Shown piece after piece: positions 1 to 11,478 of a stretch of DNA of 64,000 nucleotides. A model generated the notes under the pieces. It was given only the letters and a program-made list of their open reading frames with translations. It had not been told where the DNA came from and did no database searches. Each line of letters begins with the position of its first letter. Position 1 is the first letter of the stretch. The translations under genes were made by a program, and so were the position numbers. Origin of the DNA: Dipteris shenzhenensis (lineage: Eukaryota); the NCBI GenBank assembly GCA_047967505.1, contig CM106538.1; one strand, written 5' to 3'.

Positions 1-916
1 TTCAAACAGACACTTCAGTACATGGAATCTATACAAGTCAACAAGTTGTTGATTTTGAAAACAAATAATTGCAATTGTTCCATCCGAAGGCTTTTCCCCA
101 GTTAGCATTTTCAAAGACAAATATTGCGAAGAGTTGGCATCCCCCAAGCTCTTTTTTGGTAATCGCAGAAACTACAGCATTCCTGAAAGAACTAGCTATC
201 AAGCAGTTGCTCGTTGGGAACTAACAAACATAGACAGACGTGACAACCTCTTTTTCAAGACAATGAAAATCTTGATTTGGCAAATCTTATCCTCTCACAA
301 CAAGACAAAGCACCCATAGACGCGCGCACAGACGCATTTCATGAACTAAATAAAAAACTTACGGGCGCGTCTATTTGCGCGTCAGGAGACCCGCGTCTAT
401 TAGCGCGTTTATATATCATACTTACGCGCGTATAGACGCGCTCATACACGCGTAAATAGACGCGCAAATAAACGCTTTGATAGACGCACGTATAGACGCA
501 AATCGAACAGACAGACGCGAATATAAACGCGTTTGTAAACGCACTGATAGACGCGCCTTTAAAAAAAAAAAAAAAAAAAAAAGAATACTGTGTATGTTGT
601 GTATGCTATATAGTTACAAGAATCCCATATCCACATTCTGTAATTCAATTCTTACAGCCAACCTCATTTTAATTACAATTCCAAATAAAATATTACAACT
701 CCAAAACGCAATAAAATTGAAAGCTCAAAAAGTGCTTGTATATACATATAGCACGAAGCTAAGCCACGTCATGTGGCTCCAAGTACAAAAAATAAGGAAG
801 CTAAGCCATGTCATGTGGCTTCAAGTACAAAAAATAAGAGGAGTCTATATACAAGAGGCACGAAGCCAAGCCAATGGCTTTAAGTACAAAAAAGAATAGT
901 AGCACTACTTCTACGA

Positions 917-2379
917 CTAATCCTCGCTGCCTTCCACGCTCCCTTCTGCGCTGCCTTCTGCGCTCCCTTCTGCACCTCCTTCCTCGTCTTCCTCGTCGTC
1001 TTGTGCAGGGGCGCCCTGTAAACAAGGGACAACATATATCAATGTATGAAAAATCAAATCTTTACTTATAATTTTGGCATTATTTAATTACTTTCAAATA
1101 CCTGGGGGGCCTGTCCAGTCGCTCGGGTATACTGCTCCTCAGTAATCAACCCGTCATCATAGAAGTGCCTCCATGTATCTCCTCTGCGATGGTGGCGGTG
1201 GTAGGCTGTCTCCATTGGAGTAGGGTATCTGCCCACGATCTCAAGCTGCATAACCGCGATACACTTTGTGGAGGGATTAGTACAAAGAAACAACCAACCT
1301 CCTAATAAACTACATAAGCAATATAATTTGAGATCGATACTTACAAATTGGGCCTCCCATGATTCAACACCCCCTGCTCCAAAATGCGCGCTCCCATACT
1401 CCTCCATCTGGATCCTCCGTGCCTCCACGTGTTGCAGACTGGGCTCCTCCCTCGCTGACTTCATTGCCTTCTTCCACTCACGCTTCTGAGTGGTGTGGGG
1501 CGGGCCCCTTGGAGGTTGACCTGCCTCAAGTCTGGCAAGCTCCGCTAGTGCCTGCCTCTTAAGGGAAGATCTTTTATTGCTAAGTATCGTAACAATCTTT
1601 GACTTCCCCCATTTATCTGTGAACTGGCGATTGGGGGGGGTAGGATACCTAGAGCGAACAGTAGCGAGGGTCTCATCAGCCAATCTCTTTGGGTGGTCTT
1701 TATAGTGGATAAAGCAATCTCTGTAATTGTTAGCAATTACAGACTGCATGAAGGCCATTACATCCTTCCCCCGCGCATCCATCAAGATGCCTCCTGTCTG
1801 GGTGATGTCATAATAAATCGTACCATCACCCAGAGGCACGTCTAAATCATCGGAATCATCATCCTCGGCCTCACCGCCACATGGCCCAAAGCACTGTGCC
1901 ATGCATCCGCCACCGCTCTCCCTGCTACTACGCCTGCCACCCTGTCGTGTCGAGCTCGTACGCTGGCCACTCGTAGCTGGGGACTGCGCGGGACTACGCT
2001 GACCACTCGTAGCTGGAGAACCAAGTCTCGACGGCTGGGGAGTACGTCGACAGCTCGCTGAGGCAGAAGGACCTCCTGAAGGCATGGGGGAAGGGGCATA
2101 AGACGGGATGGCAGAAGGGACATAAGACGGCATGGGGGAAGGGGCATAAGACGGTACGGGGGAAGGGGCATAAGACGGCTGTGCGGACTCCGCTGGGGTG
2201 ATCTCAAGCGGTGTGGGGTGGCTCGGAGTCTGTAGTGCCGACTCCTGGGGAGTGTTAAGGGTACCCGTCATGTACCCGTATAATTCCGCAGGACTAGGAG
2301 GGTGCCCTAAAATATTATATAAATCCTTCCATATCGATTCACGTGGATCAGGTGAGCTAGAAGCACTTCCTCCCCACAT
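917..2379 (-). CDS. CACTA accessory (TnpA-like/ORF2) protein, about 425 aa, divergent from the transposase
   Basis: Exons 2379-1345, 1245-1102, 1015-917 have GT-AG ends and join in frame to a TAG. Pro/Ser-rich SYAPSP repeats and an acidic tail. A homologous decayed copy sits at the same position in element copy 2. The TnpA role is inferred from context only. Confidence 0.65.
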
Positions 2380-2459
2380 GTTAAACTGGAAAAAAATAAA
2401 CAAATCTATTACTTTGGGAGCTGAGAAGAAAGGGGGAAAAAAAAAAAGAGGCTCTGTCA

Positions 2460-3385
2460 GAGCGCGTCTATAAACCTGTCTAATCTTTGTGTCTATAAAC
2501 GCGTCTAACAGAGTGTTTAATAATTCAAGTAAAAGCGCGTCTACCACCGCGTTTAACAGACCGTCAAAACAACCGTCTAACAGTGCGTTAAAAAGCGCGT
2601 CTAACAGCCCGTCCAAACATCTGTCTAACAACGCGTCTAAAAGCGCGTCTAAGAATTCGTTTAAACCTCCGTTTAACAGATCGTCTGTTTGAGCGTCTAT
2701 ATACGCGTGTGTGCGTGTCTGTAGCAAGCCAGACGCACAAATAGACGTGCCTGTAAACGCGCGTTTAGACGTGCCCTCAAACGCCTGTATACACGCGCTC
2801 CGACAGTCGAGAATACTCAAAAGTGGAAAAGGACGTTTCGCCCGACAAAAGAACGTGTCGCTCATACCTAGATGCTGTGTTTCGTGGATGCGAAAAAGTA
2901 CAAAACTGGAAAGAGCAAGCAAGAACAACTTCAAAAGGACTTACTTGGAAAAAGGTATGGAAGGATCTTTCTTTTCCAAACTTCTTTCTTCTCCTTGTTC
3001 GTACTCCTCCTCTTCTTTAGGCTTGGAAGCAAGCTGTGTAGGTACGGTCCCTTTGTCTTGAGTGAAAGCTTGGAACTGTGTATGGGAGACTCTCTCTTAA
3101 GCTTCGAATCTATAGAACTGCTAATAAAGAAGGAAGAAAGCCGCTCGCGAAGTTTAAGTAGTTAAAAGAAAAGCAAAGCGAGCGGCGCGCCGAAAAGCAG
3201 GTTTAAAAGTCGCGGGTATAGTCGCGTCTATTAGCGTGTCTATAGTCGCATCTGAATACACAGAGTAAGCGCGTCTATAGTCGCGTCTAAAGGCGCGTTT
3301 AAATACACAGAGTAGACGGGCATTTAGACGCGCAGGTAGACGCGACATTAGACGCGACGATAGACAGGCATTTAGACGCGACACA
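2460..3385. repeat. Internal arrays of the AGACGCG/CGCGTCT motif between the two divergent CACTA genes
   Basis: Dense (ta)gacgcg / cgcgtcta copies at about 2460-2800 and 3180-3385. The same motif occurs in the subterminal blocks 315-560 and 7600-7870. Confidence 0.8.
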
Positions 3386-3443
3386 GAGTTTTTAAGTTAA
3401 GCATTTGAAGAAGAGCAAATTTGGTGGGTTGTTTGTTTGTAGG

Positions 3444-6400
3444 ATGTCTCCATCTTCAACAAGCAGCTCCAGTGAGGATGAATCCCTCCGTATCCACCAT
3501 CGCGAAATGTGGTTAGAGCAAAAAATCAAATGTCTATGTGATCGATGTCGAGGAAACATGTATCGTGCACGCAGGATTACGCTCAATCATATCTCAAAGT
3601 ATGGAGAATGGGATGTGACCGTAAACAGGGTAAGGATTTGTAAGTTAAGGTTGATTGAGATACCTATGGGTGTTCATATGTTTGAGTTATAATGATCCCG
3701 TTTTAATTTGATACAGGATGCAGTGCCACACCCGCACGTTACCCTATGCCCGTCGTGAGGAGGCGAAGCGTCGGCGATATGAGGTGGGATCTTCAGGAGG
3801 GACCGTTACGGATGCATGGAGTGATGGTGATAGTAGCCCTCCACCATTACCTCATGAAGCCGTGGAGGAGGAGGTGTTTGATGATATGGTGCGGGATTTA
3901 TATGTCCATCAAGGGAGGGATAATAGCATGGAGCAGGATGATCTTTTTACCGCAGCATCGACTCCACTGTTTGAGGGGTGCACATTCTCTGTTCTACGTG
4001 CCTCCCTTGAGTTACTAAACTTGCAAACCATCTATGGATGGAGCAATGCAAGTTTGAATGCATTACTCAAGTAAGCTTTAATTTAAAGTCAATTTTGCAA
4101 ACATGATGAATTATGCGCGTGGGTCAATTACTCGAATGCTTTTCCTCATTTATGGTCTTCACGTGCAGGCTATTGTGTAAAATGCTTGCAAGGGAGAATA
4201 AATTACCGACCTCAAGAGATATGGCAAGGCAACATGTGACCTCTCTTGGAGGATTAGATTACAAGCGCATCCATGCATGTGTCAACGATTGCGTTTTGTT
4301 TCGTGGACTACATAAGGATGCAAGAGAGTGTCCTACTTGTGGAGAGGCAAGATATAGAGCAGATCTCAAAACCTTGGACGTGCCTCGTAAGGTATTGCGA
4401 CATTTTCCCATAATCCCTCGCATCCAACATATGTTCAAGTGCAAATCTATTGCAGAGCTCATGTCATGGCATTCCTCCCATCGATCAACCGATGGCAAGT
4501 GGAGAACTCCCGCGGACTCTCCTGCGTGGAAGCATATTGAAGACACATGGCCAAGCTTCAAGGAAGAACCTACGAGCTTGAGACTTGGATTGGGTATGGA
4601 CGGTGTGAACCCATTTGGTCTCAAAAGCACGTCTTACAGTGTATGGCCAGTGGTATTGGTGAATTACAATCTTCCACCCTCTATGGCTATTAAGAAAGGA
4701 CATGTCATGCTGTCCCTTCTAATTCCAGGGAAACATAAAGTCAAAAACCCTGATGTTTATTTGGAGCCTTTGATTGATGAGCTAGAGATACTTTGGAGAG
4801 GTATCGAGGTGCATGATGTGAGCAGGCCTCCCTCGTCACGAGACTTCAACTGCAAAGCAGTCTTGATGTGGACGATGCATGACTTCCCAGGCTATGGCGA
4901 GTGTTCAGGTAAGCATTGCATTTTTTAATTATGAATAGGCAAGGACGTGGCACCCTAAACCCACCTTCCACTCTTAATTGCATCTATTGTTTCAGGTCTC
5001 ACTACATCGGGTTACCATGCATGTCCTGTTTGTGGTCCTTCGCTAGTTGCCTCACGGGCAGACGCATTGAATAAGGTCCTCTATGAGAATCACCATCGAT
5101 TTCTCCCACCTGATCATCCTAGATATGTTGCCCCTTGGAATGAAGTCCTCCCACAATCACTCACCGCGGGAGATTGGATGAGAATTTGGGACAGTTCCAC
5201 GACTCCTCCACCAATTGGCATGAGCCGGTAAGGATTTGTAACTATTGGCTGAAAGTAAAGATTGGCTGTAACTATTGGTTGAAAGTGAGGATTGCACGCT
5301 AACACTTTATTTTGTTTAGATACTCCATCTTTTATCGTTTACCATATTGGTCCCACCTCAAGATCAATCACCTGCTCGATCCCATGCATATCTTCAAGAA
5401 TGTGGCATCTACCATTTGGGAGCATTTGAATGGGACACGAGATTCGGCAGGCATAAGGGAGGATCTACGTACCACAGGGAGGATGCGTGAAGCTTGGCCT
5501 CAAGAGAGACCAAATGGGCGTGTTTTTTTACCTCGTGCACCGTGGATGTTATCAAAGCTAGAGATGGCGACGGTGAAGCGTGCTATTACTACAATTCGTA
5601 CTCCCACTGGATGCATGAGGTGTTTGAAGGGAGCCTTTACAAAGAGCAAGAAAAGAGGTGTAGAGCAATTATATGGCTTGAAATCTCATGATTGGCACAA
5701 GATGCTCCAAGTAAGTATTTTATATGCATAATATCTTTTTCCTTTCAAATTTGTGAGTGAATAGCTATAAGCAACTAATCAACCACCTCCTCGCGGGTTC
5801 AGTTCATACTACCTACTAGCATTTCACGTAGTGCATCAAAGGACGTGAAACATTGTATTTACAAGATGGGCGAGCTTGTGAGGTATGTGAGCTCAAAGGA
5901 AATAGATCCCACCACGCTTGAGAATGCTCGAGTTATGTCAGTGGAGGCAGTTTGTTTAGTGGAGGAGACATTTCCACGTTCTATTCTCACAAGCCAACTA
6001 CATCTCATAGTGCATTTGGTGGATGAGATTGCTATATGCGGTACTATACATGCACGATGGTTGTTCTTCCTCGAGCGCTTCATGAAGACCTTGAAGTTTT
6101 TCGTGAGACAAAATGCAAGACCCGAAGGTAGCATGGCCGAGGGTTGGTTGGTACAAGAGTCACTTGTATATATTTTTGAGTTTCTTGTTGATGTGGATAG
6201 CTCTCTCCCACGACTATGGAGAGATGATGAAGACCTAAGGATGACCTCTATTGTGCCTCAAGGAAGAGGACGCAACAAAGTAATAGACACGGAGTTGCGT
6301 AATAGTATCAACCTCTTTTGCGTGCTTAATAGTGATGTGATGAAAAGATGGGTGACAAGATACGAGGATGCAAAGGCAAGAAGACAAGAAGAAAGGGCCC

Positions 6401-7434
6401 TCTTTCGTACACACCACGGATCTCGTGTGCCATACCCTCAGCGTCTAAGAGCACTTCCAAAGGATATTCATGTGGATTGGCTACTTGATGAAATGGAGAA
6501 AGCAGAGAAAGACGAGGGGATGCATATCACAATGGAAGAATGGGAGTATGCTAGGGGATGCATGAGCAAGGTCGGTATATAGAATGCTATGCATAAGTTA
6601 GGAGGTTTTTATAATTTAGATTGCTTATTTAATTGATTTTTTCTTTGTGTAGTGCACTATGTTCAATGCTATATGGTGTGAGGGCAAGCATTTTCGAACA
6701 CAACGGATTAATGATAAGAGAAACACACAAGATTGCGGCGTCATTGCTAGCTTTAAGGGAGCCAATGGAGTCATGGATGATTATTGTGGCATAATCCAAG
6801 ATATCATTATGCTTGACTTTCGACGCTTCTTTGTGTATGTTTTGGATGTAAAGTGGTTTAAGGACATGGTGGAAAGAGGCCCTAATGCAACAATCAAACG
6901 CCATGCAAGTGGCTTTGTAACAATTGACTCCACAAAGTTTTGGCAAAGTAGGAAGGACACACTAATACTACCGCAACAATGTGAACAGGTACTGTGCACA
7001 CACATAAAAATACTCGCTTTTAAATATTTGATGCAAGAAAAGTAAAATGATTGTATTTGTGTTTGAATTAGGTTGTCTATCAACCAATGCTGGATAATAA
7101 TAGGTGGTGGCATGTCATACCTATTATGCCACGTTCCAAAGTGATGTATAGTACATTTACTAATATGGAGCGTATGGAGGATGATCATGCCCATGGACGT
7201 GATGATGATCGTGATACAAGAGAGGAGGATGATCATGAGATAGGAGATATAGATATTGAGGCCGGCATTACCCGTGAGGACGAGCCTACCATTGGAGATC
7301 TTGATTTCGATGAGCACATGAGTGGCACAAGTAGTAGTGGGTTGAATGTATTTGTAGATCTAAACACTTGTTTGGATTTTGAAGTAGATAGTTTGGCAAG
7401 GGTTGATCTCATTGAGGATGAGATTGAACCGTAG
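3444..7434 (+). CDS. CACTA TnpD/Tnp2-type transposase, 8 exons, with one probable 2-nt frameshift near 3737
   Basis: Exons with GT-AG ends: 3444-3629, 3717-4070, 4169-4908, 4996-5227, 5320-5710, 5803-6570, 6653-6988, 7072-7434. Motifs: KIKCLCDRC..H (transposase-associated Zn domain), IHACVNDCVLF, LGLGMDGVNPF, YSVWPV..YNLPP, MWTMHDFPGYG, DPMHIFKNV, GLKSHDWH, HLIVHL, ERFMKTLK..V..ARPEGSMAE. Confidence 0.88.
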
Positions 7435-8113
7435 CCCCACAATTGATATTGGCAAAACTATTTTACATATTGTCTCATTCTCCTCATTTCCCTTAATTCT
7501 TGTATATGTGGGCTTGCAAAAAATTATGTGCTTTGGTAATCATGGGCAATGTTTGGAAAGCAATGATGTACACCAAAATCTCACTTTCTGTATTCTCTAG
7601 AGCGCGTCTAACCCCGCGTCTAAATGCGCGTTTGAGTCTCAGTGTAAACGTGCAAATAAACGCGCAAATACATGCGCAAATAGACGCGCTAATAGACGGG
7701 ATGTTAGACGGGCCCGTATTTTCTCAGGTCTAACGTGCAAATAAACGCGGTGATTGACGCGCAAATAGACGAGCATATAGCTGCGCTAATAGACGCGCCC
7801 GTAATTTCTCTACTAGAGCAACGCCTATAGACGCGCCCGCTATTTTGCGCGTCTACCAAGCGCATCTATAGTTGCTTTGTGTTGTTGTGTCTTCATGGGT
7901 GTGCATGCGAAAAGCACAAACACAAGGACGGCAGCTATAAGCAAAAGATGCTCTTTTGGACACAAACATTGAGAAATTACTCCACTAACAGATTGGATTA
8001 TATATTGCAGTTCTACCTTCATTGATAGTTCAGATTCCACTTGCTACAGTCAGTGTTTTGCATTTTATTCAGACAGTGTTTTTTCATGACACTTTAAGTA
8101 CATTTCTTGCACC

Positions 8114-8310
8114 ATGTCTACGATTAGCAACCTTAATCTGGAGGCATCTGCTGAGCTAGACAACTCCAAATATGGCCCATGGAAATATCAAATGGAGACC
8201 ATTCTTGTACTTCAAGACAAATGGGAGTATGTCAATGGATCTACACCTAGACCATTGGACAATCTAGCCAGCAATAACTCTACTCCACCTGTTGTCATAG
8301 CACCAGTAGC
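8114..8310 (+). pseudogene. Ty1/Copia gag N-terminal fragment
   Basis: LDNSKYGPWKYQMETILVLQDKWEYVNGSTPRP matches the Copia gag start pattern (L.g.NY..W...M...L....lW..V.G..p.P). Truncated after about 65 codons. Confidence 0.7.
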
Positions 8311-8329
8311 GAGGTTATCGAGACTTCAC

Positions 8330-8860
8330 CCACCTCAGGACATTGCCGATTACAAATATCAGTAGCTAAAAAAAAACCTATTCGCTATGTTGAGGCAATT
8401 GGAACCACCAACATTCTTCATCACCCTTTCTTCAGCTGAAAAACTATGGGAACCACTCTTGCAATGTTTGAGACACTTGAACCAAAATATTACCAAAGAT
8501 ACAAATCAAATTCCAAATATTGAGTTAAGAAACCTCATTCACTCAGATCTTATTGCAACTGCGCAATATTATGTCCACAGATTCCAAGCTCTCAAATCAT
8601 TGCTCAAACAAGATCCATCCATTCTCAGTAAATTAACCGACTTCTTTTCATGAGAGAGTTCCAAAACAGATGTAGCCAACATGAACAAGGCCTACTATGG
8701 ATCAATGAAACTCTTACTTTTGGAATGAATACAAATATTGAGATTGAAGCTTTTGTAGACAAGTACATAACTACAAACATTGTGTCTTTCCATCATCTCA
8801 AATAGAAATTCAAATGCATAAACATAGAAAAACTTGCTACCAAAAAATTAAAAAATGTAG
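8330..8860 (+). pseudogene. Helitron Rep (HUH) domain fragment
   Basis: LFAMLRQLEPPTFFITLSSAE, then after a stop/frameshift REFQNRCSQHEQGLLWI (degenerate EFQxRGSxHxHxLLW), FVDKYITT and QMHKHRKTC. Confidence 0.75.
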
Positions 8861-9939
8861 ATTTGGACCCCTAGAGGGGGATATAATCCCCCCTCCCTTA
8901 CCTTTCGGTATCCACAGCCACCATTAGGAGTTTGCCTAATCCCTTGTATCCTCTGTTTTCTCCATCCTTCATTTTCTTCGTTTTTGTCCTCTTTCTTTCG
9001 AAGGAAGAGCGAAAGGAGGAAGAGAGAATGGTAGAAGGAAGGTAGAGGAAACAGAGGGGGTGGGAGAGTAGAGAAGAAGGAAGAGATGGGTAGGGAAGGA
9101 GTAGTTGTGCGGTAGGGAGAAAGGAAGAGGTAGAGTAATGAGAGAGAATGGGAGAGTTGGAGGCTTACCAACAAGAGTCAAAAGGAGAGAAGAAGGGAAG
9201 AGGAAAGATAAGGGGAATGCGATAAGGAGAGAATTAAAAGGAGAGAAGAAGGGAAGATGAAAAATAAGGGGAATGCAGGTAGATTCAAATTTGAAAAGGG
9301 GAGTGTGAGGAGATTTAAAATTTAAAAAGGGGGCTGAGGGGAGATTCAAATTTGAACTAAGAAAATAGAAGTGTGGGAGATTCAAATTTAAATTTAAAAA
9401 AAGAAGTGCCAACATTCTCTTAAATATTCTCCTAACCGTTCTCCTAACCATTCCTTCATTTTTTGACATTCTCTCACTCTATGACATTCCTTCACAACAT
9501 TTCTTCCTCACTTCACAACACATGACATTCTCTTTCACAACATCCTTTCTTGCTTCATGACACTCTGTCCTTGCTTCATGACATTATTTCGAGTATGTTG
9601 GTAAGTTCTTCCACTTTCCTCTACTTCTTTTGACACTCTTTGTTGTCTTTCATTGTACTTTCTTGATAGTATTTGTCTATCTATGTGTCATATTCCTCTC
9701 TCTCCTTTCATCATTCTCACACCCTCATTTCGTCATGCTTCATTCCATTCCATTTTATCGCTTCATTTTGTTCCCTCCATTCTTATCTTCTCTCCCTCCA
9801 TTCCGTCCACTCAGTTCCCTCGATTCTCTCCCTCCATTCCGTTCCCTCCATGTGTGGATCCATTGTGTTTGCTCCATTTCATCCGTGGCTCCATTTTATT
9901 GTGGGTCTCTTGGGAGATTATTGGGACCCTTGAGGCATT

Positions 9940-10830
9940 ATCCCCCCCATCCCTTACCCCCTAGCAATCGCGGTCGTCGAGGGATAATGGAGGGGGAGCT
10001 TACTCCCCTCTCCCTCACCCCCTGGTGGGCTGCAGCTGCCAGGGAGTAAGGGAGATACGGTCCTTCTCCCTTCGTGCCTCCCTCTGCCATACCTCCCTCT
10101 TTTGTCACTCCTCCCAAATTTGTCGTACCTCCTTCTCCCTCTGCCATGATAGCTCCTTCTTCCCTGCCTCCCACGCCTCTCAGCTTCACTGCATCTCCAT
10201 CCCTTTCCTGCCGCCGCTACCATACCTTCTCCAGCCTCCGTCCATGCCTCCATCCTCTCCCTTCCCTTGCAACTCCCTCTCCCTTACCCCCTTGCCATGC
10301 TTGCCTCCCTCTCCCTACTATCCTATCCCTCTCGCTGCCCTCTCATTGCGTCCCTCCCCCTGCCTCCTCCCCTCCTATCCCTCCCATCCGTCACCTTTCT
10401 CCCTCCCTCCCTCCCTCTTGCTGCCTTCCTCCCTCCCTTCCTCCCTCTTGCCCGTTCCTCCTCACTCCCTCCCTCTCCTGTCGCCTTTCTCCCACCTACC
10501 TCCCTCCCTCTCTCTCATCTCTCTCGCCTTCCTTCTGCTCGTGCCTTCCTCCCTCTCTCCCATCTGCCTGCGTCTTCCCTTCCTTGTCTCTTTCTCCCAT
10601 CTGCCCCCCTCTCTCTCCCGCCACTACGACTGCACCAGTCCTTCATTTTCTACCTTGCTCTCCTCGCTCCTCCTTGCTCTCCTCACTCCCATTGATTGAC
10701 TTAAGAATGAATGAAGAAAGGAGACCTTTTTATACTTTTATAGGGAAAATTAAGATTTTCCTTCCCCCTCTTCCTCGTTCTTTTCTAGTCCTTTCCTTTA
10801 TCTCTTCTCTTTCCTTTCAATTTATAAATT
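9940..10830. repeat. Pyrimidine-rich (C/T) low-complexity tract
   Basis: About 0.9 kb of ctcc/cctc runs. The Pro/Ser/Leu-rich ORFs here are compositional artefacts. Confidence 0.75.
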
Positions 10831-10849
10831 GGCTTTACAAATAGCCTAC

Positions 10850-11478
10850 TAAGCGCAATTGTTCCTCACAACTGCCTATCCATCTTATCATGGCTTTTTT
10901 GAAGGCATTGCAAATGGTGCCTATTTTACTATAACAATTAGATGAAGGGTTGCTATAAAACCACCACGAGCATGTAAAAAAGTACATCACTTATATCCTT
11001 AGATCTATTTTCAAATTCTACAAAGCTTTCGATTCATGACAAGTGTCCCCACCTCCTCGTCGCTTTTGATGGTCGTTCATCTTTTTAAATTCTACGAACT
11101 ATTCGATGGGTGACAAGTGTCATGCCACCTCTCCGCCACTTCTCACGGTGGCCTGGTTTCTTCTTGAGAATCTGCTTCTAGAGCCTCTTCTCTACTTCTT
11201 TTGACTCATTAAGCGCAATTGTTCTTGACAGTTGCCTATCCATCAAATCACGCCTTTCTTGAAGCCATTGTAAACAGCACCTATTTTACTAATAATTAGA
11301 TGAAGGGTTGCTATAAAACCACCATAAGCATGTGAAAAGTACATCACTTCCACCCTTAGATCCATTTTCAAATTTTAAAGAGCTTTGGATTCATGACAAG
11401 TGTCCCTCCCTCCCGTTGCTTCTGAGATTGATCGTCTTTTCAAAAACTATGAACCGTTAGATGGGTGAAAACTGTCAT
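10850..11478. repeat. Tandem duplication, period about 360 bp
   Basis: 10850-11118 aligns with 11210-11478 (taagcgcaattgttc...gatgaagggttgctataaaaccacca...gattcatgacaagtgtccc...gatgggtga). Confidence 0.85.

Larger units (their letters stand above)
296..7889. mobile_element. Complete CACTA (En/Spm)-superfamily DNA transposon, copy 1, with CACAA termini
   Basis: 17-bp TIRs: cacaacaagacaaagca (296-312) and tgctttgtgttgttgtg (7873-7889), 16/17 match. Perfect 3-bp TSD TCT (293-295, 7890-7892). AGACGCG subterminal repeats at both ends. Encodes a Tnp2/TnpD-type transposase. Confidence 0.93.

Noticed and set aside
2380-2934. N-terminal 185 aa of the 616-aa ORF (LLDALLD repeats)
   Set aside because: Read-through of the GACGCG DNA repeat array; not conserved in copy 2. 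The likely start is the ATG at 2379, after a splice acceptor.
8864-8895. CTAG next to a ggggga-tataa-tccccc hairpin as a Helitron 3' end
   Set aside because: Order and spacing do not fit the hairpin-then-CTRR rule on the Rep strand.
9630-10844. Overlapping Pro/Ser/Leu-rich ORFs
   Set aside because: Low-complexity C/T tract with no recognisable domain.
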